This document shows, one piece after another, positions 38,712 to 51,256 of a stretch of DNA of 64,000 bases. The first letter of the stretch is position 1; each line of letters begins with the position of its first letter. This DNA comes from Centroscyllium fabricii. Lineage: Eukaryota. The notes below the pieces were generated by a model. The model searched no databases, was not told the DNA's origin, and saw only the letters and a list, made by a program, of their open reading frames with translations. Location: assembly GCA_051313645.2 (NCBI GenBank), contig JBNRSN020000012.1, forward strand, positions 118,792,001 to 118,856,000. Direction: 5' to 3'. The position numbers were made by a program, and so were the translations under genes.

Positions 38712-39622
38712 GGGGGGAATCTTAAAAAGGTGTGGGAAGCTGTCGGGTTTTGGGCGGGTCAGCTTTCTGTCCTGCCCACCCAAGGACCTGGGAGGCCCGA
38801 ACGATTTTGGCTCAAGTTGCCAATTAAATCCCCGCCGGTCTGCTGGGCTTGCAATACACACTATTGAGTCAGGAACGCAGCACTTTCCATTCACAGATTG
38901 TGTGGGGCAGGCTGTTGATTGACAGGCCTGAACAGTTTCAGTAGTAAGAAACCACTAAGCCTGATTGACAGTTGTCAAGTGGTTCCTTTCTTTCCATGTT
39001 GACACAGCCTTTGTGATGTCAGAGTCTGAAAGGGAACATTGAAACCACAAAGCAAACACTTGAACGGACTCACTGTTTGTTTGTGGTTTTAATGGAATGT
39101 AAACAGAAGCTGATCCCGAGTGATTGTCAGCTTGGCTCAGACAGACAGCTCTGCAGCCCAATCTGTATAACTGGCAGGGATTTAAAGGTTAGTGATTTCT
39201 ATTTTTTGGGGCACTGCATTTACCGCACTTGGGTGGCAGCTGCACCTCCAGCATGGTGGAGGCTAGCAAGCTGCTGTGTGCCTACTGTGCCCATGCCTTG
39301 AAGGTGGCAGACACCCAGCCGACTGGGTGCCCGCCACCTTTCAACGGTGGGGTTCCCATCAGGCGGCTTTTGGGTGGGAAGAGCTTTAAAATAGTTGAGG
39401 GCCCTTAAAATAGGATTACCCATCCAATTAAGGGCCCTCAACGACCTCAATCTGCATCCCCGCTGGCGGCCAGTGGAAAACATTCGGGGCGGCAAAACCC
39501 GCCCGAGGAAAATCTGTAATTGGTGGGGATCCGGCGGGGTGGCTTCCTGCCCACCAGATTTGTGATTTTACCCCCCGCCACGCTGGAACCCCGCACTCAC
39601 GGCCTTCTGAAAATCCCCCCCC
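38712..39622. mobile_element. Harbinger-type MITE
   Basis: Imperfect TIRs GGGGGGAATCTTAAAAAGG / CCTTCTGAAAATCCCCCCCC; CTG on both flanks. Internal style (CAATTAA, TGACAG, GGCGGG motifs) is shared with 42070-42902. Confidence 0.65.
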
Positions 39623-39709
39623 CTGGAGTCTACATCTACTATATCCAGAAGCATAGACTGCCACCCTGGTGGTGGTAGGGGACGGAATAGACAGCACCCT
39701 TCCTACTCG

Positions 39710-40084
39710 ACATGGTGGCACAGTGGTCAGCACTGCTGCCTCGCAATAAGGAGCTCCTGGGTTCGAATCCTGCTTGGCCTGGGACCTCTCTGCGTGGAGT
39801 TTGCATGTTCTCCCCGTGTTCGTGTGGGTTTCCTCCGGGTACTCCGGTTTCCTCCCACCACCCAAAGACATGCAGGTTAGGTGAATTGGAGATACTAAAA
39901 AAAAATTGCCCATGACCTTGTGTGTGAGATATAGTTCTTAGAGTTGGGGGTGTCGGGGCATATGGGTAGGAGGGGAGTGCTGGGTTTAGATGATCAGCCA
40001 TGATCTCATCAAAATGGCAGAGCAGGCTCGAAGGGCCGAATGGCCTACTCCTGCTCCTATCTTCTGTGTTTCTGTGTTTCTGTG
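39710..40084 (+). mobile_element. HE1-type V-SINE
   Basis: GGTGGCACAGTGG A-box, GGTTCGAATCC B-box, V-domain, CR1-type tail with (TTCTGTGT)n. Confidence 0.9.
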
Positions 40085-41789
40085 ATTTTAGATCCTGTAG
40101 GCTGCGATGTAGGCTGCTGTGCTTTAGGTCTTTCAGGATCAAATATGTGCTATTAGACCAACCAGGCTGCTAATCAGTGGGGACACAGACCCAGGGCACT
40201 GTGGAATCAAGGTGACTTGCCTGAGGCTGCTGTTTCTCAGGACAGTGGAACATGCCAAGCGACCAGCCTTCCACCTGAGTACACCATGTAAGTGGCACAT
40301 AGGAGACGACAACCTGGTACCCAGGCACCAGCTTCAGAGATGCAGCCAGTAGCGGCTCCCTCCCAGCTGCCATGAAAGGAGGGCCGGCTCAGTACCGTGA
40401 GCCTTTTAAAGCACAGGAGCAGCCAACCACCTCTCGTAATACTGGCCCTCCGCGCTGCACCCAGGTGAAGCAGAAAATAGGAAAGAAGGGCACACATGGA
40501 CACCCGGGGACACATGGTGGTGAGGAAACAATAGCTTGGCTTGTGGTCATTTTTGAGTTCCTGGTGCTAAGGCAATGTACAATTACATTGTGTTCTGTTA
40601 TCCATGCATGGAACTCACACACGGAAGGCCTCAGAATATGTTGCAAAAAACAGGGTAGTCATTGTAGGGCAGAAACAAGTCCCGCCCCAGAAGCCACCTA
40701 CAAAAATGTTGGTACGCTTACTTTAAGGTAGAAAATGTGTCAAAACTAGGGAGCAAATTCAGGCCTATAGAGTTTAATGACATTTGCAGCCAAGTGCCTG
40801 TGACCTGGGGGAACCCTGCTATAGCAGTGAGGCAGCTTGAAAAGCTTATAGATTCCAATTCAGGAGCTCTTCTGCTGAATTGCCTCCAAAAGGCCTTGTT
40901 GCTTTCTCCCACGTAAATCTTTGCAAACAGATTAGTATGCACCTGCGAAGAGCGTTTATGAGTTCACTCAGCTTGAGTGAAATTGAATTTGTGGGACGGA
41001 TACAATCGTACAACGTCCCTTCAGCTTCAGTTAAAATGAAGCTGTTGTGTTGGAGCTGTAGTTAAAGCCACTGTTGAGTGCTTCAACTTAATCTTCTGTG
41101 GGTTACTTTAAAATTTCATTTAGAATGGTGTGTTTCCACTATTCGCACAATAAATTAGTTTGTGCTTTATCCAGTGAAGTGGAAGATAAATCTATTAAAT
41201 CTGATTGGAATTACCATCAGCTAAGAAGGATGATGATCATTTAACCGAATAGAATCTGTTTCTTTTATTGTTCATACATAAAGCTGAAGTGTTGTAAGAA
41301 GTCCTAATATAAAGGCAGGAGATAGAAGTAACTGACTATAAAAGTTAGTTCCCAGTGCTGTATATTATGAAGCTATTCAAATTTCACAGTGGAGCTCAGT
41401 TCCAGGAAGACTTGGCTTAGTCCACTAAAACTGTCCCAGCTCCAGAGCCCAGTATCAAAGAGCAGAGGTCTGTTGATGAGAGTCACAAACCGCTCTTTCC
41501 TGAAATTGACTGGTGCTGTTAAACTATCTTCATAACAGGTGGCATTAGTGTTGAACTGTTCATCTCCTGTTTATACATTGGGGAAAAATTCTACCCGGGA
41601 TGGTTTTCAGAGAACAAAAATAATCAGCTTTTTTTGTAAAGCTGTTGGTATAAAATTGTTGTTAACACCTCAACTTTTCAACACTCACATAAAACATGCT
41701 TCTCAGTTCCCAGAGGCTTCTGCCTGTATCAAGACTGCATCCCCAAGTCTGTAATCAGTATTTTCCTATAATCACAGAATATATGGACT

Positions 41790-43065
41790 GTCAGCAATGG
41801 CACTCTCGCCTCTGAGTCAGTAGGTTGTGGGATCAAGTCTCACTCCAGACATTTGATCACATAATCTCGGCTGACACGTCTGTGCGGTACTGAGAGAGTG
41901 CTGCACTATCGGAAATGCCATCTTTCGGATAGACATTAAACCAAGGCTCTGTCCGCCCTCTCAGGTGGACGCAAAAGATCCCATGGCACTACTTAAAGAA
42001 AAACAGGGGCATTCTTCTCGGTGTCCAGGACAATATTTGTCCCTCAATCAACAGCACTAAAAACATATTGGGCTGGATTTTATCAATGGAGGTGTGTAGG
42101 AGGCGGGACTCCCACTTTTGGGGTTGTAGTCCGCCTCCATCGAGTTGTGGCCAGCCCACTTGATTTTCCCTGGCTTGACCTTGTTGAGTCCACCCAGCGG
42201 GCCCAGCAGGCCAATTAAGGGCCACCCAGCAACAGGTGATGTCACAGATTGACATTTCATCTGTCAAGACCCTTTGACAGATGAAATATCAACGTTTGAC
42301 AGCTCTTTGAAGCTGTCAAACACTGACAGTCTGTAAACTAAGTTAATTCCTTCCTCTCAGGCTGATTTAGCCATCTCTCCAGAACAGAAAGTTGAATGCT
42401 GCAACTTTTGACAGCTCGCAGCCATTCTGCTTGCTGTGCCGGTGAGATGAGGGACTCCCAAGACCTGAAGGAAGGAAGGCTGTAAAGGTAAGTAAAACTT
42501 ATTTAAACACTTTACACAGACCAAACACACTTACCTCTGCACTCATGCACCCATCACTCACCTGAACACTGGACATCTTGAGCCCTCCAAGCCCTTCAGC
42601 CTGACGGTCCGCCTCGCTAACTTGGCGTGGTTTGGAGCCATCAGGAATCCCACACTTTGGGGATAAAAATAGGGATTAGCCTAAAAACTGCCTGTTAGCT
42701 ACCTGTTAACAGGCAGTTAATTGCCACTAATCCCCATCCCACCTCAGGGAGGCGGCTCCCAGCACAGGTTGGGTATCCACCTCCTGTGAAACTGGCATGG
42801 AGGCAGGTTGGGGCCGGGATGGGTTTGCGGCCCCCAATTTCATGATTTTAACCCCCCACATGCCTCCAATTCTGCCTCAATGGCCCACTGAAATTCAAGC
42901 CCATTATCTTATCTCATTTCTGTTGTGAGACCTTGCTGTGCACAAATTGGCTGCTGTGTTTCATACATTACAAAAGTGATGACATTTTAAAAGTACATCA
43001 TTGGTTGTAAAGCACTTTGGGATGTCCTGAGGTTGTGAAAGGTGCTATATAAATGCAAGTCTTCC
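41790..43065 (+). mobile_element. Deu-domain SINE split in two (41790-42069 and 42903-43065) by a MITE
   Basis: The two halves join to give a sequence collinear with the reverse complement of 22350-22798. Confidence 0.85.
42070..42902. mobile_element. Harbinger-type MITE inserted in a SINE
   Basis: Termini GGGCTGGATTTT / AAATTCAAGCCC; ATT duplicated (42067-69, 42903-05) at a site that reads a single ATT in unsplit SINE copies. Confidence 0.88.
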
Positions 43066-43314
43066 TTTTAAACTGTAAATTAAGCAATCAAGAGATACCT
43101 AGAAGAAAGTCTTGCTCACTGAAATTTTACCAATGGTGACACATTTCCTTTCTAGTGTATAATTTGGACAGAGCACTTTATACAAATTCATTAGTGAATG
43201 GATGTCCTGTGAGGAGTTTTCATGTAAATGCAAAGCAGGTTTCACAAGTTTGCTTTTGTGGATTAACCCAACTGTGAAGTTGCTGTTGCATGTTTCTGTA
43301 ATACAGATCGTTAA

Positions 43315-43554
<240 letters not shown>

Positions 43555-43929
43555 TGAAATTGGATATTGTACGTATTAGGTTCTAAATACACTAAATGCT
43601 ATAGTAATTGCTGTAATTTCACGAAAGACATATTATTCAAAATGAATTTGAATTGTTCATTAAATCACTAAGTTACATCTTATGTGAAAACTCTAGTTTA
43701 GTCAGTTTGGATTTTTGAATATATTTTGAAGCACCTTTGTGGGGCCCCCAAATATCTTGTGCTCAACTAATAACTTGAATAAATACCAGCCAATTCATTA
43801 CACTGCTAAATACAGTGCCCTTTGATCAACCAATCTCCTGTTTATTGAGATCTTTGGATGCAATACAATATTTTGGAGTTCTCAATCATCTTATAGCAGG
43901 TCGATCTGCTGAAGGGTGATAGTGGTATG

Positions 43930-44158
43930 AAGGTTAGGGTAGGATCAGCAATGATCTTGATGGGGGAGGGGGCGGGCTCGGGGGGCCGATTGGCCTACTC
44001 CTGCTCCTATTTCTTGGGTTCTTGTGTTCCTGTGTTCCTGTGTTCCTGTGTTCTTGTGTTCTTGTGTTCTTGTGTTCAGCCATGAACGTATTGAATGGCG
44101 GTGCAGGCTCGACGGACCGAATGGTCTACTCCTGCACCTATTTTCTATGCTTCTATGC
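43930..44158 (+). mobile_element. Two CR1/HE1 3' tails in tandem separated by an expanded (TTC[C/T]TGTG)n octamer
   Basis: The GG(C/T)CTACTCCTGC(T/A)CCTAT motif occurs twice (~43992 and ~44123), each followed by 8-bp tail repeats. Confidence 0.85.
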
Positions 44159-44579
44159 ATATACTACCCAAGACCAAAAGGTATTACACATGCTGCTAAG
44201 TGTAGATGAGAACACTGCACAGTTTATCATTAGGCCATAAAGGAAACTGCTCCATACCTGAAGAGTTTTATCTATGCTAATGATATGGGTTATGATCTGA
44301 ACTGGGGAACTGCACAATAATGCATACTCGTTATACCACAGACCTGCTTGCCGACAATATATTATATTGAGAGATTACTGTTCTTAACGATCTATTTGCA
44401 TGGAGGGAAAGCTTTAAAAAACCAGAACATTATGTCACAATGCTCTATTTCCATTTACCTGCTCTTTCCCTGAAAGTATCAAAGATTTTCCTCTTCATTG
44501 TGTCTAAGGAAGAGAAAATGGGGGCAGAGACAGTAGTGTCAGGTCTCTGTTTCCGCTATCCTTCTCCAGGACTTTTAGG

Positions 44580-45596
44580 GCTTCCCAGATTCAGCATAAA
44601 TGGACCTGCACTGCGTTAAGCACAGGCCCAGCATTAGCCTACAAATGAGGTGGGAGGGCATTTCTGGCCTCTCGTTTTATTTTCCTCTCTGTGTGTACTT
44701 GTGGGATGCATGAATAGAGGGGTGACCCAAGAAAGCTCAAAGTGGGGATTGTGCTGGAACTCTCCTCAGAGCAGTGTGTCTGCAGGGGCCCCGGGAGCAC
44801 GTCAAAGAAGAAAGCAGACAGCATGTAAATATATTTCCCCCGCCTGCAGCACGAATTTAAGGCCTAGGGGCCATCTCACTGCTGTGTTCCAGCAGGGGGC
44901 GATTTTGGTCTTTTTATCGACCTGTTTCTCGAAACCAAAATTGCAATGGAAAACTTACCGCTGTCTTCGCACCCGCTTCCATTGTGGTCGAGGCCTTGAA
45001 ATAGGGGGCCAAGACTCCCACCAGAAACACATGGGACCCTTAGTACTACATGCAAATTGGGGTCCTTTGACATACATAAGACCCTGATGCAAATTTGAAG
45101 GTACCTGCACTGCGCAATTCCCATTCACTGCAACATTAGCAGAATGTGGCCAAACTAGTGTCCCTTAAAGGGATTGCCAGAAGCCACTGAACAAATGGCT
45201 GCTGCATGCTTTCTGGAGCATTTTTCAAGGCCAGCGTGAGCATAATAGCATTTCCTGTATGACAAAAAAAGTCTCTTACTCGCTTGCTTACTCACCTTCC
45301 ATCACTCCTCTCCCCCTCCCAATTAGCCGGGAGCTCCCCTTTAATACAGAATTCCTGGCTTGACTCGGTGACTTGGTTGCCGTTCCCATTCCCGTTACCA
45401 TTCCCCCCATCCTCCCCCACCCTGATCGGTGAGCTATCTGTCAGCACTGGAAATGCATGGACAGCTCCCCTTTCAAATTTAAGTGAAACCCGACCATCAA
45501 AATGGTTCGGGCCTCCTACAGGTGCCATTGGGCTGGCATCCCAATTTCCCCACTCACTGCCTGCCCGATGTATGTTACACATCAAAATAGCCCCCA
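44580..45596. mobile_element. Probable degraded GC-rich non-autonomous DNA element(s)
   Basis: GC-rich island with CCCTTAAAGGG / CCCCTTTAA motifs and a MITE-like right end AAAATAGCCCCC. No convincing left TIR or TSD. Confidence 0.35.
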
Positions 45597-45744
45597 CTAT
45601 TTCTCACTGATGGCATGGTTGATCTCGAAAACCAAGCATGTTAGTAATAATGAGCAAGAACCAATGGCTTGCTCCTCCACAGGATGGTACATAAGCACCA
45701 TTATGAAATTTATCAGATTATTGATTCAGTAATCATTTTGCATA

Positions 45745-46790
45745 GCTGCCCTGATGGCTTAGTGTATCACTGTCTGACATGGTATTGAGTTATATGGACC
45801 AGAAAGGTATTGGCCCGTACTTTCTGATTGCAGCCCCCGCCCCGCATGCAGAGGCCTGCGATCTGGAAAAATCTACGCCCTTACCTGAGAGCTCCCGGGA
45901 TGCACATGCTTCTGATCTTGGGCCTCTCCAAGCTCCAAGTGCGCAGGGCCCACGTATCCCAGGGGCGCATGTAGTTTGCAGCGTCCCTGGGATCACATGG
46001 GCCATGGGGAGCCAATCAAAGAAGGGAATCTCCCTTCATACACTTGACAGGAAGACCTGTCAAATATATGAATGGAGATCACCCCCAAAACATAGTAAAA
46101 CTTTAAATACATTTAAAAAAAAATCACATTTTTAAAATGACTTGAAATTACAATAAATTAAACATTTTAAACAAAAATTTAATTTTTTGAAAAAAATAAT
46201 TAAAGTTTTTTACAGGGCTAAAAATAAACTTACCTTTTTTTAAAAGTATTTTAAAATGATAAATCAGTGAATTTTTAAAAACCTTTTTCAATTCTTACCC
46301 TGGTAAAAGCAGGCTTTACGACTGCTTTTACCAGGCGTAAGAATTGTAAGGGTTTTCTGCGGGCGGAGGGTCTCCAAAAAGCGGAACTATCTGCCTGCAG
46401 AGGCCCTTCTCCCAAGCATCCGTAGGGATCAGAATATCTAGGTCATTGTGTTTGATCCCCGTACTGTGTTGAGTTAGCTGATCTCGGTTAGGAACTGTAA
46501 ATTGGCCTCAATGCCTCTAGGCTAAAGAGGGGAGAAATTAACCAGGCTTCCACTCTTGATCACTGTCCAAGCACTCAGCTAGAAAGTGTGCAATAATGAA
46601 CGCCAAGTAAGAACATTATCAGACTATCAGACTCAGCTGTGATGCTCCCATGTTGAATAGTCCATCAGTCCAAACACTCCATAGTCAAGGTACACACATA
46701 AGCTTTGCTGAGGTACTGGAGGGCTGCAGACACCGGTGGGACCACTCTCCAGCATGTTTCAACTTCTTCAGATGAAGAGGAAGGACAAAA
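45745..46790 (+). mobile_element. Second copy of the unclassified SINE-like repeat, split by a MITE
   Basis: Homologous by eye to 4490-4795/6296-6335; head ...gaccagaaaggt|ATT insert ATT|gtgtttgatcccc... Confidence 0.6.
45812..46444. mobile_element. Harbinger-type MITE with an AT-rich centre
   Basis: ATT duplicated at 45809-11 and 46445-47; degenerate TIR GGCCCGTACTTTCTGAT / ATCAGAATATCTAGGTC. Confidence 0.7.
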
Positions 46791-48268
46791 GCTAGGGGAA
46801 ATAATTTAGCAACACTAGTTCCATCTCTCTCTATATATGTATTATCCCAAGCAGTATAGGACCACTTATCACAGAAGAGTGCTGGAAAATAACAAAGCAG
46901 CAATCCATAATGTAATTTTCATTCACAATCAAAATCTGTAATATCTACACGTACATTCCACTTTCAGAGCTCAAAGAATGATCATGAGTGAAGTACGAGC
47001 ACTAACACTTTCTAAGTACTTGCCCCTCAGTGCATGCAGAAGCCACATTAATGCAGCAGCTGCCACAGTGTAGCTTTAACCCTGTGACTTCTCTGCATTC
47101 CTCACAGCTTCATCTGGTCTCATGAGGCCTATCATCTCTTATGTGGCTTGCTGTGATCTACTTCCCTGCTAAATTCCCCAGAACAACTAACATATGGATC
47201 TTTTACTAAACCCAGCATGAATGACAGATTTAAGTCAATCAGTGACTTCTTCATGACGGTTCAGTGTTGGGAATTTAACTTTTCTCAGACAGTAGGAATA
47301 CTGAATCCGCTAACTTTTATTGAGCTATTTCTTGTAATAAATTTTAACATTTTTAAATGACAGTTATACTACCATTCTTTACTCCTTTTAAATCTAGAAT
47401 GTGCTCACAAAACATCTGTACCACAATAAAACACCCAATGACAGTTAACCGCTGAATAACTTCCACAGGTTTAATTCCACACAATTATCATATGTACAGA
47501 AATAAATCAGGAGCTTTATATTTTTTTGAAAAAAATACATTGCTCATAGAAAAAGTAATTTTTTGGACTGATTCAGAAAGTGTTCAGGTTCTGCATTGAC
47601 ACCTGCATATAAACTGGAACACGCTCATAGAATTGTTACTGATTACTGAAGGTTTTCACTCCTCTGAAATTCCGGAATCCTAGTGCGTTTGGCATTTTGT
47701 CTGAGCATGCCCTATTGAATAAGCCAAAAGGTCACTGATTTCAGTGACGGCTCGGACTGAGAATTGCAAAGTCCGGGTAGAGAGTTAGAGGAGACTACAC
47801 TTTGCAGAAACCATTTGGTATCAGCTGAAGGTATGATCCTGGAGAATCTGTTTAGGTCATTTGTAATTTTTTACAGCTTTATAGTCTGATTGCTGTCAGG
47901 ATTGTAGCAAATAATTGCTGAATAAAATAAATCTTTGAACGATACATTATTAAAACTGATATATAAATATATAAAATATTTGGCTCAATTAGAGCACTCC
48001 GAGCGAGGTACATCATGTTAATTTTCAATAATACTAATATAGTTTTAAGCAAATATAATTTAAAATTTAATTGGCTTATTGCAATATTTCACTTGATATC
48101 TATTGGGCTGTTAGGTTATTGTTTTTTTGCACATGAACTGTGCATTACTCTGTTCATCCTTGTTTATTTTCATTTTGTTATTCATACTTTAATTATGGTG
48201 ATAATTGTACTAAAAGTAATTGAATTCAATTAAAACTGTCCTGGAAGTGATCCTGTTTAATTTATTAG

Positions 48269-48434
48269 GTTTGGTTCAGCAACCGCCGAGCTCGTTGGAG
48301 GAAACAAGCAGGGGCCAATCAACTATTGGCATTTAATCACCTGATCCCTGGAGGATTCCCACCCACAGCAATGCCAGCGCTGTCTCCTTACCAGCTGTCT
48401 GATGCCAGTTATCCACCTACATCCATACCACAGG
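48269..48434 (+). CDS. PAX3: PAX3 coding exon (exon 6 equivalent): homeodomain recognition helix with Ser50 and downstream region
   Basis: Acceptor tttattag, donor G|GTAAAG at 48435; 166 bp. Translation [55 protein letters not shown]. Phase 0 start matches the previous exon. Confidence 0.97.
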
Positions 48435-48763
48435 GTAAAGCAAACCTTCATGTTTAAGCCATGTGAACATTTTGCTGTCTGTATTCTGACAAAGAACATT
48501 GCTACAGCATAAGATCTCAGAATTGTCAATTAAAAGCATCTGACTGGACCTGTGCCCCAGAATCATTCGGAATAAGCCAAGAAACTTTAAAGAAACCAGA
48601 TTTTAGCATTGGCTTATTTTTTGGCTTACAATTATAATGCTGGAGTATCAAAAATAAAAGTGAAATCCTCCATAAAGAAAAAACAAGTAGTAGGTCTGCA
48701 GTGGCTACCCATCTTTGGCAGTATTTCCTTCAACTGCATTCTGTGCTTCTCTAGCTTGGGAGA

Positions 48764-49015
48764 GGGTAGAAATTCTTCTTGAGCTTTAGCGCAAAATGAG
48801 CGGTATGGGATCAGCCGCTGGTTATACTCCCCGCCTGATATTCAATTTAATTGACTTCAATAGAACTGAATATCAAGTGGGGTTTATAACAAGCGGCCGG
48901 TGTGATAACGCCCGGTCAACATTATTCAATTCAATTCAATTTATTGTCATTGTAAAGTGAACATACACAATACAACGAAATGCAAAAATTACCGCCCAAG
49001 TTGAATTTCTCCCCC
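48764..49015. mobile_element. Short palindromic MITE with a nested (ATTCA)n-tailed retroposon end at ~48923-48983
   Basis: Termini GGGTAGAAATTC / GAATTTCTCCCCC; central hairpin TGATATTCA...ATTGACTTCAAT...TGAATATCA. Confidence 0.6.
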
Positions 49016-49474
49016 ATGCTTTTTAATTATTGGGGGTCCCCGATTCTGGTGGTAAAGTGGTTGTTCTGCAAAATTATTTAAGAGTAAGTCATTCATTCTT
49101 AAAATTGTGGGGAAACTGAAAAGTTTCATTGTTATTTATTTGTTTCTGATACCCAGTAACACAAAGTTTCCCCATTTGTCTTGATCACTGCCTACAAGGC
49201 TTCTCTGCATGATTCCTAAAAGCAGTTTGAAGTTTCTGCTGCAGTCATTTCTTCCAGATGTTTCCTGGCATTGAAATAACCTTTAGTTATGCTAACTAGC
49301 TATCAAACAACTTTGGTGTATACATTTAAGAAAGCATTCTTGTTTGAATTTTTGTCCTCAAGATGTTGGCACTAGGAAATGGAACACTTACCATTTTGTG
49401 ACCCAGTGTCACTATCAATCACTTCTAGTTAAATCCTAAGCTCGATATAGAGTAAAACTCCCTTTACACTACAT

Positions 49475-49579
49475 GGTGGTAGATTTCCTCTGTGCACTAT
49501 GTGTAACAAAATCATAAACTTGCTCTTAACGAATGCTAACAATTTCGCTATACATAGTTCACGGAGGAAATCTTTCGCC
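49475..49579. mobile_element. ~105-bp foldback mini-MITE
   Basis: ~30-bp imperfect inverted arms GGTGGTAGATTTCCTCTGTGCACTATGTGTA / TATACATAGTTCACGGAGGAAATCTTTCGCC. Confidence 0.65.
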
Positions 49580-50473
49580 GCCAAAATACGTTTCCTAATT
49601 TCCCTACCCCACTGCTCTTGTGTGACATTTACTACATTTGCCATCTTAAAAAAGGGGTGGGGGCAGTGAAGTTGTTCTTCGGCCATAGTGTAAAATGAGT
49701 GATAGCGAATCGGCAGCCTGTTTTACACTGCACCCAATTTTCTTTTCCATTGAAGTCATGCGATTCATGCTTCCGCCGAAGACTTATTTCATCCTTGAGA
49801 TGTTCAATTTAGCATAAATGGATCTACATTCACTAGGAACCAAGTTCAGGAAGACCAAACTCTTTTGTATGGGACCCTTGTAGCCAGCGGACAGTGGAGA
49901 CTTTCATCCCATCAGTGTGGGCAGGATTTTAAACCAGGCCCCAGAGTTGAAAGGACAGAGTGCTAACAGACTTTAGATGAACTACTACTAAAATAGGAAG
50001 CAATGCCTTGGCATAACAGTGGCAAAGAATAAAATTGCCTGCCAAATCTTCAAAATCCCCAAGCAGATATGAACTTTTCTACACTTGCACCCATCATACA
50101 GATACAAAATGACAGAGGGGATCAAAAGCAAATACAGTTTTCAATACAGCCAAAGTCCAATATTATTCAGCCATTTTGTTATGTGATAAGAAAACATCCA
50201 AATATATGTTTATTGTGCTAAATACTATGCTGTTCATACTGTGGTGTGTTCAATCCAACAATATATAATAGAATATATTATCAAGGCATTCTCAGTCAAT
50301 CACACTGAGGCTACCTTTCAGATAACTTGTATTAACTGTTTAAATGAGGTGCAATTGCTATTGTATTTGTAAGTATTTATTGTTATTTATAAGTAGGATG
50401 GAATTGTGTTTATAAAGGCAATGTCTTCATGAAAAAGCATTTGGCAAATTCTTTTCTTGCTCGAGAGGAACAA

Positions 50474-50722
50474 GAGGTTAAATTTTGCAAGACTAGGCTT
50501 CTGATATGGAGCCTTGCTTGGTGGAGCACAGATTGAAGATTTGGGCATGTAAGACAGTGCATCCAATTCATAGCACTCCTGGTTTTCTAGTGGGTAAAGC
50601 CAACCACTGGAAAATTGGAGGGCTCCTAATTAGGTGCGCTGATCTCTGTGCCTGATTCTCTGATCCATGCTCCTGTCTAGTGAGGCTTCGTGCAAGCATT
50701 GTAGCCTCACAAAATTTGCCTT
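50474..50722. mobile_element. Old foldback (palindromic) MITE
   Basis: Left and right halves are imperfect reverse complements along ~120 bp, centred near 50598 (TTTTCTAGTGG...CCACTGGAAAA; AAATTTTG...CAAAATTT). Confidence 0.6.
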
Positions 50723-51041
50723 TTCATCATTTTCTTCCCCATAACATCACATGCAAGGGGATACAACGGTGCATATTGATGGAATTTACATTACTGCAGC
50801 ATGTGCTTATAAACAAATGAAAAAAGGCTTTCCAGTCACTTTTTCCTGATGACACTGCAGCTTTAAGCTATAATATTTTGAATTCTGAAATAAGAAACTG
50901 GTGAATATGAAAAATTGTAGAAAAATACTTTAAATGTTAACAGATACACGCACTTATTGCCTTTGGAACTAGTTGAGTGATTTCTTAAGAAGTGAAGATG
51001 ATGCGGCATTAATGTTACAATAAATGTTATTGTGCTTTCAG

Positions 51042-51256
51042 CAATCTCAGATCCAAGCAACACAGTTCACAGGCCACAGCCTCTGCCTCCGACATCAGTT
51101 CACCAGAGCAGCCTCCCTTCTACTCCAGACAGCAGTTCAGCTTACTGCTTATCCACCAGCAGGCATGGATTTTCAGGGTACACAGACAGCTTTGTGTCTC
51201 CTGCAGGGTCTACCAATCCCATGAACCCAACGGTTAGCAACGGCCTCTCACCTCAG
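51042..51256 (+). CDS. PAX3: PAX3 coding exon (exon 7 equivalent): Pro/Ser/Thr-rich C-terminal region
   Basis: Acceptor tgtgctttcag, donor CAG|GTCAGT at 51257; 215 bp. Translation (A)[71 protein letters not shown] (within ORF 51032..51331). Phase 1 start matches the previous exon. Confidence 0.96.
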
